Assembly: GCA_000999025.1 (NCBI GenBank)
Contig: LCFM01000007.1
Location: 1 to 54,098 of the forward strand
Direction of reading: 5' to 3'
From: Parcubacteria group bacterium GW2011_GWA2_43_13
Lineage (GTDB): Bacteria > Patescibacteriota > Patescibacteriia > UBA9629 > GWA2-43-13
DNA: 54,098 bases
In this document: piece after piece, positions 37,747 to 47,417 of the stretch
How positions within the stretch are numbered: the first letter of the stretch is position 1
Layout: each line of letters starts with the position of its first letter
Position numbers and translations under genes: made by a program
Notes under the pieces: generated by a model
Databases searched by the model: none
Told to the model about the DNA's origin: nothing
What the model saw: only the letters and a program-made list of their open reading frames with translations

Positions 37747-38838
37747 ATGAATAAAGAAGTTATCACAATAAAAATTGGGTCAAATGCGTTATTGGGGGAA
37801 AGTGGGAAAAATTTTGACACAGATATTATTACACATTTACTTGATGATATTTATAAGTGGCGAAAACAATACCACATTGTTTTGGTTTCTTCAGGCGCGG
37901 TTGCCGCAGGCAGGATTGTATTGCAAAAAACGGCTGATACCCTGGATCGTTCAACCCTTGCCGCAGTTGGCCAAATGCATTTGATTGATATGTACTATCG
38001 TCTTTGCGTAGAGCGAGATATTGTACCATCTCAAATTCTTATTTCCCGCGAACATCTCACGGTACGAGAAAATTATGCGCACATAAGGCATACGTTTCAG
38101 GAGTTATTGCATCATGATATTTTCCCAATAGTAAATGAAAATGACGCTGTCGCGCTTCAAGGTGGCGGGTTTGGCGATAACGACGCGTTAGCTGTGTACG
38201 CCGCGATTCTCTCGCGATCAGATCGTTTGATTTTTTTGACAAACTTGGATGGGCTATACACCGCTGACCCGCGCGTTGATGCCAATGCAGAATTTTTAGA
38301 GCGTGTTGATAATATTGATCAAGAAATTACCGCAATGTGTTCGGCATCTCGGTCATCGTTTGGCACCGGCGGTATGCTTTCAAAATTACGATCTGCAAAA
38401 ATGGCAACAACCGCAGGTATTGATGTTCATATTATCAATGGCCTTAAAACAGAGAATCTTTCTCAATTGCTTTCAGGAGAGAAAGTCGGTACATGGTTCC
38501 CTCGTATTGGAGAGGATTCATTATCTGATAAAAAATTATGGCTTCTTCTTGGTTCAACTTCAAATGGGCAGATTATTGTTGATGATGGCGCAAAAGAAGC
38601 GCTTAAACAGAGGAAAAGTTTACTTGCCGTTGGGATTAAAAAAGTTCGTGGTAAATTTGTACAAAAGGACTTTGTGAATATTCTTGATATGCAAGGCGAT
38701 ACCATTGCGTTGGGTATTGTTGATTATGATTCAGAAATCCTATCAGAAGCGCTGAAACAAAAAAAAGATAAAGAAAGTATAAGACGGCGTTTGCCTCGCG
38801 AAGTCGTACATTCTGATAATATTACGTTATTAAAGTAA
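37747..38838 (+). CDS. proB: Glutamate 5-kinase
   Basis: IKIGSN, VSSGAVAAG, AAVGQ, NEND, GDND, GTGGM.SK, PUA domain; true start at ATG 37747. Confidence 0.95.
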   Translation: MNKEVITIKIGSNALLGESGKNFDTDIITHLLDDIYKWRKQYHIVLVSSGAVAAGRIVLQKTADTLDRSTLAAVGQMHLIDMYYRLCVERDIVPSQILISREHLTVRENYAHIRHTFQELLHHDIFPIVNENDAVALQGGGFGDNDALAVYAAILSRSDRLIFLTNLDGLYTADPRVDANAEFLERVDNIDQEITAMCSASRSSFGTGGMLSKLRSAKMATTAGIDVHIINGLKTENLSQLLSGEKVGTWFPRIGEDSLSDKKLWLLLGSTSNGQIIVDDGAKEALKQRKSLLAVGIKKVRGKFVQKDFVNILDMQGDTIALGIVDYDSEILSEALKQKKDKESIRRRLPREVVHSDNITLLK

Positions 38839-38847
38839 AAAATTTTT

Positions 38848-39630
38848 ATGAATATAGGAATCATTGGGATCGGGAACATGGGATCAATTATTGTAAACCG
38901 TCTTTTAGAAACAGGATTCCCTCAAAAGAATCTTTTTATCACAGATACCCATGCAGAAAATCTTAGTATTTTGCCGAGTTCGCAACACGCATTATTGAAT
39001 GAAATCGCGCAGAAATGTGGTATTGTTATACTTGCGGTAAAGCCACAGGATTTTCAAGCCGTTGCGTCTGAAATACATCCGACTCTTTCAGATGAGACAT
39101 GGATTGTATCTATTATGGCCGGGATTGAGAGTGATATTATTGCTACGGCTTTCGATGTTACGCATGTAGTTCGGTGTATGCCCAATTTGCCTTCCCGTAT
39201 CGGTAAGGGCATCACTGTTTGGACATCACAACAATCATCCATTCCTGATGAAATAACATTATTTTTTTCATCTTTAGGTGATGATATGCGAGTTGAGACA
39301 GATGATTTGGTTGATCGCGCAACTGCATTAAGCGGGTCAGGGCCTGGGTATGTGTATTATTTAGAAGAGCAATTTATTATTGCTGGAGAGCATTTGGGCT
39401 TTACTAAAGATCAAGCACAGCGTCTTGTGCAGGCAACGTTTTGTGGCGCGCTTTCTCTTCAGGAAGGAGAACGAGTTGTGCCTCAAGAGCTCCTCGTGAG
39501 AGTAACATCAAAAGGTGGTACAACTGCCGCGGCGATAGAAATACTTAAAAACCGCGATGTCGCATCCATTTTTTATCAAGCAGTTCAGCGCGCGTATGAA
39601 CGCGCTCAAGAAATGAAACAATCACTGTAA
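38848..39630 (+). CDS. proC: Pyrroline-5-carboxylate reductase
   Basis: GIGNMG, LAVKPQ, RCMPN, SGSGP, VTSKGGTT. Confidence 0.95.
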   Translation: MNIGIIGIGNMGSIIVNRLLETGFPQKNLFITDTHAENLSILPSSQHALLNEIAQKCGIVILAVKPQDFQAVASEIHPTLSDETWIVSIMAGIESDIIATAFDVTHVVRCMPNLPSRIGKGITVWTSQQSSIPDEITLFFSSLGDDMRVETDDLVDRATALSGSGPGYVYYLEEQFIIAGEHLGFTKDQAQRLVQATFCGALSLQEGERVVPQELLVRVTSKGGTTAAAIEILKNRDVASIFYQAVQRAYERAQEMKQSL

Positions 39631-39631
39631 T

Positions 39632-40897
39632 ATGCCATATACAAAAAAAGATATTTTTCAGCAATTAGCGCAAGCGCGGCGAGCTCATTATGATATTGCT
39701 CGTCTTTCTTGTGTTGAGCGTAACGCTGTGCTGAATGCGATTCAACAAGAAATACGCGTGCATCAAGAGAGTATTCTCAAAGCAAATCGTCGTGATGTAA
39801 AAGGAATGGACGCAGGAAATCCTAAAGTTGATCGGCTTATTCTTGATGAAAAAAGGATACACGCAATGCTCGCCGATATGCGCGAGATTGTAAAACAACC
39901 AGATCCGCTTGGCAGTATACTTTTCGAAAAAACATTACACAATGGGTTGGAATTGAAAAAAGTATCAGTGCCGTTGGGAGTGATCGGGGTGATATATGAA
40001 TCGCGGCCTAATGTGACGCTGGATGTGGTTGCGCTGGCAATCAAATCCGGGAATGTGGCTGTTTTGAAGGGCGGAGAAGAGGCAGGGGAAACAAACCGCG
40101 CGATTGTTGCATGTATCCATACAGCACTGCGGCTGAAAGGGAGTTCCTCGGATGCGGTCATAAACTTTGGTTCTGCTCCGCGATCTTGCGTTTCCCATCT
40201 TTTGAAAGCAGAGGGGTTCATTGATGTTATTATTCCGCGCGGTGGAAGAGGGCTTATTGATTTTGTTCGGAAAGAAGCAGTAGTGCCGATTATAGAGACC
40301 GGCGCAGGCGTATGCCATATTTATATTGATGAGGTCGCGGATATTTCAAAGGCAGTAAAGATTGTCGCAAATGCAAAACTCACGCGACCATCGGTGTGCA
40401 ATTCTCTTGACACAATAGTGATGCACAAAAAAGTTGCGCAAAAAATAATTCCATTGATTGCGCAAGAATTTAAGAAAAAACACGTTATGATTCATGCAGA
40501 TACAGCAGGATATGCGATTTTGAAAAACAATGAATATCCTTTTGTACGCAAGGCGAATAAAGATACATGGTCAACTGAATGGTTATCCTTTCAATGTGGG
40601 TTAAAAATAGTGAATACAGTAGATGATGCGCTCAATCATATTGCTGATTACAGCACCCGTCATTCCGAAGCGATTGTTACAGAGAATAAAAAAATTGCTT
40701 ACCGGTTTTTACAAGAAGTGGATGCCGCGGTTGTGTATCATAATGCATCTACTCGGTTTACTGATGGCTCATGTTTTGAAATGGGCGGAGAAATCGGTAT
40801 CAGCACGCAAAAACTGCATGCGCGTGGGCCCATGGGATTGAAAGAGTTGACTACCTATAAGTGGATTGTTTCAGGAAATGGCCAGATTCGAGAGTAA
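39632..40897 (+). CDS. proA: Glutamate-5-semialdehyde dehydrogenase
   Basis: PLGVIGVIYESRPNV, IPRGG, SVCN, NASTRFTDG, ISTQKLHARGPMGL. Confidence 0.96.
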   Translation: MPYTKKDIFQQLAQARRAHYDIARLSCVERNAVLNAIQQEIRVHQESILKANRRDVKGMDAGNPKVDRLILDEKRIHAMLADMREIVKQPDPLGSILFEKTLHNGLELKKVSVPLGVIGVIYESRPNVTLDVVALAIKSGNVAVLKGGEEAGETNRAIVACIHTALRLKGSSSDAVINFGSAPRSCVSHLLKAEGFIDVIIPRGGRGLIDFVRKEAVVPIIETGAGVCHIYIDEVADISKAVKIVANAKLTRPSVCNSLDTIVMHKKVAQKIIPLIAQEFKKKHVMIHADTAGYAILKNNEYPFVRKANKDTWSTEWLSFQCGLKIVNTVDDALNHIADYSTRHSEAIVTENKKIAYRFLQEVDAAVVYHNASTRFTDGSCFEMGGEIGISTQKLHARGPMGLKELTTYKWIVSGNGQIRE

Positions 40898-40996
40898 GGA
40901 TAATATTGTAATTTTTCATGACTCTGTTAATGTTATAGCATAATTTTATGAGATTGCCATGGAAAGGGGAATGCCATGGTTTTCTCTCTTTGATAT

Positions 40997-42493
40997 ATGA
41001 CTCAAGATCCACTGCCAGTAGATGGCGCTTCGCTCCAAGAAGTAAGTAATAAGCCGTCTTCAGAAAAACACACAATTGCTACTCGCGCAGAGGATTATTC
41101 CCAGTGGTATCTTGATATTATTGATGTTGCCGAGCTTGCGGAAAACGCGCCAGTGCGAGGATGCATGATTATCAAACCCTACGGCTATGCGATTTGGGAA
41201 AATATCCAGCGGATTTTAGATGCTCGGTTTAAAGAGACCGGTGTAAAAAATGCGTATTTCCCGTTATTTATTCCACAAAGTTTTTTTGCGCGAGAGGCAG
41301 AACATGTTGAAGGTTTTTCTCCTGAATTAGCAATCGTTACCCATGCAGGCGGTAAAAAGTTGGAAGAACCGCTTGCGATTCGGCCGACATCAGAAACCAT
41401 TATTTATGATGCCTACTCGCGCTGGGTGCACTCGTACCGCGATTTGCCATTGGTGCTGAATCAGTGGGTTAATGTGGTGCGCTGGGAACTGCGCACTCGG
41501 CCGTTTTTGCGTACAACCGAGTTTTTATGGCAAGAAGGGCATACTGCGCATGCAGACGAACAAGACGCTCAAAAGCGTACCATTCAAATGCTTGAGGTGT
41601 ATAAAAAATTTGTTCAGGAGATTTTAGCTATTCCTGTGATTGATGGCCAAAAATCCGACTCTGAACGGTTTGCAGGCGCAGAACGAACCTATACTATAGA
41701 AGCATTGATGCAAGATGGTAAGGCATTGCAATCAGGCACATCGCACATGTTAGGCACAAGTTTTGCAAAAGCGTTTAATGTTTCATATTTAGATAAAGAA
41801 GGTGGCAGGCAATTTGTGTGGTTGACCAGTTGGGGCGTAAGCACCCGATTGATCGGCGGGTTGATTATGACACACAGCGATGATAAGGGGTTGGTACTTC
41901 CGCCCAATATCGCGCCAATTCAGGTTGTCATTATCCCGATTTGGAGTACAGACGCGGAGCGGGATATGGTTTTTGCTAAAGCGCAAGAATATGCAGTGAT
42001 ATTGAAAAGCGCGAATGTGCGCGTTGAAATTGATATGAGCGATGAGGGCAGACCAGGGCCAAAGTTTTTTGCATGGGAGAAAAAGGGAGTGCCGTTGCGT
42101 ATTGAACTTGGGCCAAAAGATATTGAGGCACACTCTGTTATCGCGGTCAGGCGCGATAATAGTGAAAAGCAAACAGTTTCAGAAGAGGGGTTGGTATCTT
42201 TTGTTTCTGAAATACTTCCACGCATTCAACAGGATTTATTTGATAAAGCGCTTACGTATCAAAAAGAGCGGACATATACGGTGAATTCGTGGGATGAGTT
42301 TAAAGAAAAAATAGAGCTTGGTGGTTTTTTAATGGCGCACTGGGATGGCACTGCCGAGACCGAGGCAAAGATTAAAGAAGAAACAAAAGCCACAATTCGG
42401 TGTGTGCCATTTGATTCAAAAGATGAAGATGGCTTGTGTGTGTATTCAGGCAAGCCATCAAAAAAGCGGGTACTGTTTGCTCGCTCATATTGA
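40997..42493 (+). CDS. proS: Proline--tRNA ligase, archaeal/eukaryotic type (no INS domain)
   Basis: DYSQWY, RPTSET, QWVNVVRWE, RTTEFLWQEGH, QSGTSH, SWGVSTR, C-terminal FARSY. Confidence 0.95.
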   Translation: MTQDPLPVDGASLQEVSNKPSSEKHTIATRAEDYSQWYLDIIDVAELAENAPVRGCMIIKPYGYAIWENIQRILDARFKETGVKNAYFPLFIPQSFFAREAEHVEGFSPELAIVTHAGGKKLEEPLAIRPTSETIIYDAYSRWVHSYRDLPLVLNQWVNVVRWELRTRPFLRTTEFLWQEGHTAHADEQDAQKRTIQMLEVYKKFVQEILAIPVIDGQKSDSERFAGAERTYTIEALMQDGKALQSGTSHMLGTSFAKAFNVSYLDKEGGRQFVWLTSWGVSTRLIGGLIMTHSDDKGLVLPPNIAPIQVVIIPIWSTDAERDMVFAKAQEYAVILKSANVRVEIDMSDEGRPGPKFFAWEKKGVPLRIELGPKDIEAHSVIAVRRDNSEKQTVSEEGLVSFVSEILPRIQQDLFDKALTYQKERTYTVNSWDEFKEKIELGGFLMAHWDGTAETEAKIKEETKATIRCVPFDSKDEDGLCVYSGKPSKKRVLFARSY

Positions 42494-42502
42494 TAAAAAT
42501 AC

Positions 42503-42582
42503 TGTAGAGACGCACCGATGGTGCGTCTTTGTGATGGAGGTATTATGAAACGCAAAAGACGTAGCACCGCTACGTCTCTACA
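42503..42582. repeat. Family B composite palindrome
   Basis: TGTAGAGACGCACC/GGTGCGTCT ... AGACGTAGC/GCTACGTCTCTACA. Confidence 0.8.
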
Positions 42583-42688
42583 CAGTCCCTTTAGAGAGGT
42601 ATCAAATAATTTTGCTAAAATTAGGTATTTCTTGTATGGTACTATCCTGTTCTTTCAGTATCATTCAATCTTAACCAAGGAGAACGCC

Positions 42689-43510
42689 ATGGAGAGGCGA
42701 CGGCTGATGCTCGTCACTGGCGTTCGTGTGCCAGATGACACAAAGCCGAAAGGTAGTGTCGGATTTCATGTTCTGCGCAAGTTGTTGGAACTTGGGTGGG
42801 ATGTAATCGTTCATGCGCGAAAAGTAGAATACGCGTATAATCTTGAGCAACATCTTCCGCATAGCACGCTTGGCTCTATAGTTGCTATGGGCTATGGGGA
42901 TTTGCCCGAGGCGATTACCAATACAGAGATGCGCTCTGCGTTGGGTCATGCTGTGCGTGTCTCGGCAATTCGACGAGGGTGCCAATCTGGGGTTGGACAA
43001 CTCTTGGATGCTGTTGTCTTGACTCCGGGCCCGTTTCCTGCACATCCGCTCGATGTGCTTGGGTATCAAGAAGTCGCTACGCTTTGGGAATCGAATTTCG
43101 GCTATATCCACAAAGTCATGGACAGTATTAATCCTCTTCTGTCAGGTGATGCCCGAATCATCACCTTTTCAATCTCAACAGCCCACATAATACTTGAGGG
43201 CAGAGAAGATGTTGATGTCGGTGCGCCGGCTCGGGTGTGCTATGCCCGTGCCAAGCGGGATGTGGAGGCGTGGACCGAGGAGTGGAATCAACTCCACGCA
43301 CATGACAGATCGCGCGCTTATTGCATGGCGTATGGGGTGTTAGAAAACTCTGTGGTATGGCCTATAGAGTTTGACCCACGATATCTCGTTACCATGCAAG
43401 AGGCGATTGAGCCGATCGTATCGCTTGTCCACTTCGGCATATCATGCGATCAATCAGTGATACCGATTGATAAGGGCTTGGCACGGCACATGAACAAAAG
43501 CGGAAAGTAG
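42689..43510 (+). CDS. Divergent SDR-family NAD(P)-binding oxidoreductase
   Basis: LVTG...GSVG Rossmann start, LDAVV, YxxxK (YARAK); AAGGAG RBS. Confidence 0.55.
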   Translation: MERRRLMLVTGVRVPDDTKPKGSVGFHVLRKLLELGWDVIVHARKVEYAYNLEQHLPHSTLGSIVAMGYGDLPEAITNTEMRSALGHAVRVSAIRRGCQSGVGQLLDAVVLTPGPFPAHPLDVLGYQEVATLWESNFGYIHKVMDSINPLLSGDARIITFSISTAHIILEGREDVDVGAPARVCYARAKRDVEAWTEEWNQLHAHDRSRAYCMAYGVLENSVVWPIEFDPRYLVTMQEAIEPIVSLVHFGISCDQSVIPIDKGLARHMNKSGK

Positions 43511-43704
43511 GAACAGGAGTGTTCGACAAGCTCCTGTTTTTTTTATTTTCTACAGACCTTTAATTTACTACACTAACAATACATTTCGTCATTCAGACAT
43601 TGATTGACGTTTGAGCGGGAATTGAGTAGTGTAGTGAGATTGTTCTTTTGATGTCTTTGTTTCGTGTTCTCTCATCTGCTGGTCATCTCTTAAGGAGAAA
43701 AGCC

Positions 43705-45465
43705 ATGACAGCTACTGACATGGATGCCATGTCGTTGCCGTTTCATGATCTTTCGCCTTTGGAGAGTTTTCCAGGGGTGAAGCGAATGACAGAAAACAGG
43801 AGGGGGGAAAATCGGCTTTGTCATAGAAAGCGCATCGTATTCCAGCGTAAACAGAGTCCTCTGATCCGCTTTGACTTTGATATTACGGTTAAAGAAGGCG
43901 ATCAAGAGGGCGCGTTGATCCTGATTGTTCGCATGGAGAGGGAAGAGATTCACTCTGTGGTCTATCTTCCCGGCTCACTGAATGTGAGCTTTATCGCCCA
44001 TGCGATATGGGATTATCGTAAGGCAGGAGTAGAAGTTCAACTCCCGTCAGGGGATATTGAAGTGCTGTTTCCTCTACGCATGATTGAGTTTTTGCTTGAG
44101 AGGATCTCATTAGAAGAGGGAGGGATTGCCATGGCGGTGCCTATTGATGTCGCTGAAGGTGTTTCTCTTCCCATTGAACCGTTGGAACCTCAACCTTCTC
44201 CTGCCAATTCTCCAATCGCTTTTGACGCTGTTGCCGATAAACATAAGGAGCCGGCTATGCATGGTACGAGCGATGTTCCGCAGAAGAAGGCAGATGCCAC
44301 TGTTGACTATCCCACTACCGCATATGATCGGGTTGTGCAGATTATTCAACGACTGCAAGGCCCTGAGGTTCGGCACATCAGCGAGGTTATTCAGCAGATT
44401 ATCTCTCTATCCAGAGAGGACGGCGGTTGGGATTTAACGCCCGCTTGTTGGCAAAGTGCGCGGAATGATCTCATCACGAACGGTCATATCCGCGTGGTTA
44501 GAACCGAGCGACGTTCATTGGAGGTGGAAATACCTCCACAAGGAGAGCGGTTCGACTTTGCCAGAGAGTGTCGGCTTGAGGACTTTCCTAACGTTCAGGA
44601 TCTCTTGCTCTGCTTTGGCAAGGAGAGGAATGACAGTGGATTGGTGCGAGATGCGTATGCTGTAGCATCTCGCGCTGTTGGCGTCAGGAGACTGCGGGCA
44701 ACGCAATTGTGTAAGATATTGGAGAGAGGAAGATTTATTGATCGGGATCCTCGTGAGATGCGACCCATCGGATTTCGGCTGACACCAAAAGGCGAGGAGT
44801 GGGTAAAAGCGCAATCTCCTGACTCCTCCTCCTCGCCGGGATCGCAAGGCGATCAAGAGGGCGGCGCAGGAAACGATCCTCCGACTCCTCGTACCGACTC
44901 GGGTCAGGATACAAGTCCTGACGGCGACGACACAGAATTGGTTGTTCCCCCCAGCACCTCTACGGAACCACAAGCAGAGGGTGAGTCGCCTACGACTCCT
45001 GAAAGCGATGGCTTATTCAAGGCAGAGTCCACTGCTGTTTCTGCCTCGATCAGTGTGTTTGTGGGTAAGATGATAGAGCTTATCCGCGGCGCGCGAATCG
45101 GGCGGGAGCATTTTCGCAACGCGATGGAATCGCTGTTGGTAAGTGGGAGCAACGGGCCGATTTCAGATCAAGAGGCAGGAGCGGTTCTTGATCTGATCGC
45201 AGAGGCGATGGTGGAGACGGAGTCCGTGATTGAGATGCTGACGGCATCTCTCAACGCAATTGGCGACTCGTTCAAGGATACGGTTCGTCAAGTTCTCTTG
45301 TCTGATAAAGGTCAGCCACTTTCCCGTTATAGCTTAAACGCTGGTCTACGCGACAACAAACAAATACTCCGCTTTCTTCAAGAAGCTGAATCAGCGGTTT
45401 TGTTGGCGGAGAGCGGGGACTGGCGAGAACTGTTCGCGTGGTATCGAGCTGACAAAGAGGGCTAA
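43705..45465 (+). CDS. Hypothetical multidomain protein, possibly with winged-helix domains
   Basis: Long ORF with AAGGAG RBS; ILERGRFI...FRLTPKGEEW resembles a wHTH wing; S/P/D-rich linker. Confidence 0.65.
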   Translation: MTATDMDAMSLPFHDLSPLESFPGVKRMTENRRGENRLCHRKRIVFQRKQSPLIRFDFDITVKEGDQEGALILIVRMEREEIHSVVYLPGSLNVSFIAHAIWDYRKAGVEVQLPSGDIEVLFPLRMIEFLLERISLEEGGIAMAVPIDVAEGVSLPIEPLEPQPSPANSPIAFDAVADKHKEPAMHGTSDVPQKKADATVDYPTTAYDRVVQIIQRLQGPEVRHISEVIQQIISLSREDGGWDLTPACWQSARNDLITNGHIRVVRTERRSLEVEIPPQGERFDFARECRLEDFPNVQDLLLCFGKERNDSGLVRDAYAVASRAVGVRRLRATQLCKILERGRFIDRDPREMRPIGFRLTPKGEEWVKAQSPDSSSSPGSQGDQEGGAGNDPPTPRTDSGQDTSPDGDDTELVVPPSTSTEPQAEGESPTTPESDGLFKAESTAVSASISVFVGKMIELIRGARIGREHFRNAMESLLVSGSNGPISDQEAGAVLDLIAEAMVETESVIEMLTASLNAIGDSFKDTVRQVLLSDKGQPLSRYSLNAGLRDNKQILRFLQEAESAVLLAESGDWRELFAWYRADKEG

Positions 45466-45551
45466 TGGATCTTGCGGGCGTAAGGGATGAGAATGTCATC
45501 ATCCCTGCGCCCTTGCTTTTTTTTATACGAATCAGTTAATCTTGATTTTAT

Positions 45552-46901
45552 ATGAATACGTTTGAACGCTACTATCAAGCGGTTCGGTTTTTAGAGGGAT
45601 TATCCAATATCGCTCCGCAAAAAAATTACATGACAAGCCATACGCATCCGGGGATGTATCTTAAACGGATGCAATATCTTTTGAAATTACTTGGGAATCC
45701 GCACATCGGACCGAAGTATATTCATGTTACTGGAACAGCTGGGAAGGGGACTGTGGCGAATATGGTGTATCAGGTGTTGTTGGAGTACTGTAGAGACGGG
45801 CTTAACCCCGTCTCTACAGTGCACGATATATCGAATGTCGGGTTGTTCACCTCGCCGTTCCCCACCACAACCATTGAAAAATTTTCAGTCAATGGAAGAT
45901 ATATTTCACCTGATGAATTTGCGGATTTGGTTGATAGTATCAAACCGGTATTAGATGTCATGGCGAAAAAATGTCCGCATGGGATTGCGTCGTATTTTGA
46001 AATTTGCACTGCGTTGGCATTGTTGTATTTTAAAGCAATGAACTGCACATGGGTGGTGTTAGAGGTGGGGTGTGGGGGGAGGTACGACAGTACGAACGTG
46101 ATACCCGCGCCTGTTGCCGCGGTGATTACCAATATCGGATTAGATCATACAAAAATTTTAGGAAATACAGTATCAAAAATCGCATATGAAAAAGCAGGAA
46201 TTATAAAAAAGGGATGTCGCGTATACACTGCGGAACAGCGACCGCGATTGCGAAAGATTTTTCAATATGAGTGCGATAAGGTTGGCGCGAAATTATTTTG
46301 CGTAGAGACGCCCCGTTGGGGCGTCTCCCGAAAGACGGGGCACCGCCCCGTCTCTACAAACAAAGCGTTGGTTCAAGCCGTCCTTACTGATGTAGGTATT
46401 TCTCAAAAAATTATTAACACCGGCATTGCGAAAGCAAAACTTCCATGCAGATTTGAAATCATTCAAAAAAATCCAATAGTTATTTTAGACGGCGCGCATA
46501 ATGATTTAAAACTTTTTTCAACCATTGAAAACCTTGCTTTACTCTCGTATAAAAAATTATATTTAATTATTGCTTTAAGTGAGGCAAAGCGCGTGGATCA
46601 ATCACTTGCTTTGTTATGTAAAAAAGCAGAACAAGTTATCTGTACACGATTTCAGAACGGCGGTCATAACCGGGCAGTAGCTCCACAAAAATTGGCGCAA
46701 AAGGCGAGGCATTGGAATAAACGCGTCTATTCGTTTCTTGACCCAATACGCGCTTTGGAGTATGTTTTTTCGATTGCCACGCAAGATGACGCAGTGCTTG
46801 TTACTGGGTCATTTTACCTGGCAGGCGATTTTCGCAAGCAATGGATCAGTGAAATGGCCATACTTGCCCATCGAACCAGCTTTCCGTTTAAGAAGCAGTA
46901 A
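45552..46901 (+). CDS. folC: Folylpolyglutamate synthase / dihydrofolate synthase
   Basis: IHVTGTAGKGT, GLFTSP, LEVGCGGRYDSTN, IGLDH, EKAGI, LDGAHN, TGSFYL. Confidence 0.92.
   Translation: MNTFERYYQAVRFLEGLSNIAPQKNYMTSHTHPGMYLKRMQYLLKLLGNPHIGPKYIHVTGTAGKGTVANMVYQVLLEYCRDGLNPVSTVHDISNVGLFTSPFPTTTIEKFSVNGRYISPDEFADLVDSIKPVLDVMAKKCPHGIASYFEICTALALLYFKAMNCTWVVLEVGCGGRYDSTNVIPAPVAAVITNIGLDHTKILGNTVSKIAYEKAGIIKKGCRVYTAEQRPRLRKIFQYECDKVGAKLFCVETPRWGVSRKTGHRPVSTNKALVQAVLTDVGISQKIINTGIAKAKLPCRFEIIQKNPIVILDGAHNDLKLFSTIENLALLSYKKLYLIIALSEAKRVDQSLALLCKKAEQVICTRFQNGGHNRAVAPQKLAQKARHWNKRVYSFLDPIRALEYVFSIATQDDAVLVTGSFYLAGDFRKQWISEMAILAHRTSFPFKKQ
45789..45818. repeat. Family B palindrome in frame inside folC (copy 1)
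   Basis: TGTAGAGACGGGCTTAACCCCGTCTCTACA encodes CRDGLNPVST. Confidence 0.9.
46302..46358. repeat. Family B palindrome in frame inside folC (copy 2)
   Basis: 57 bp encoding VETPRWGVSRKTGHRPVST. Confidence 0.9.
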
Positions 46902-46912
46902 AGGAGAGCGAC

Positions 46913-47314
46913 ATGTTGTTCCTTTCTTTTTTTGAGATACCCAGGACCGGTGTTGGGGTGTACCTGTGCGATGGTGAGAGGGAGTCATGGGTTCCTCTTG
47001 ATGCCTTCTGTGATTGTTGTGGTCTTGATACTCAAGAAGCCAAGATAGTACGTGCTACCGTTGAATCTGTATGTAAGAAGGAGGAGTTGAATATCCTTTT
47101 TAAGCATTCGATCATGGCAAGTATATCAGTGGATCAAAAGCAGACGACCCCGGACTTCTTTTCCATATTGTGGCGATTAGAGTCCGTTGGGTTATGGCTT
47201 CTTGATAATAAAGGGCAGTCCCGTCTGTCTTCTGCCCCAGAGCTAATATCGTTCGAGGGCTTTGATATAAGGGACATCGCGAATACGTTGTTTGGTTCTG
47301 AAGAAGAGGAATAA
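46913..47314 (+). CDS. Hypothetical protein
   Basis: ORF with AAGGAG RBS; no recognised motif. Confidence 0.55.
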   Translation: MLFLSFFEIPRTGVGVYLCDGERESWVPLDAFCDCCGLDTQEAKIVRATVESVCKKEELNILFKHSIMASISVDQKQTTPDFFSILWRLESVGLWLLDNKGQSRLSSAPELISFEGFDIRDIANTLFGSEEEE

Positions 47315-47318
47315 GATG

Positions 47319-47350
47319 CTTCCTCTCTTATTGAGAGAGGAAGTAGGGGG
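47319..47350 (+). repeat. Family A-related palindrome
   Basis: CTTCCTCTC ttatt GAGAGAGGAAG TAGGGGG. Confidence 0.55.
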
Positions 47351-47417
47351 TAGTGCGATTAACGCAACGCCCTCTTTTTTTTGCAAAAGAGCGCAAAGAT
47401 GTGTATGGTATGAATAT

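Noticed and set aside
42518-42688. N-terminal extensions of ORFs 42518, 47292 and 52882 containing repeat-derived peptides
   Set aside because: Better starts lie downstream (42689, 47418, 52990), so these repeats were counted as intergenic rather than as in-frame insertions
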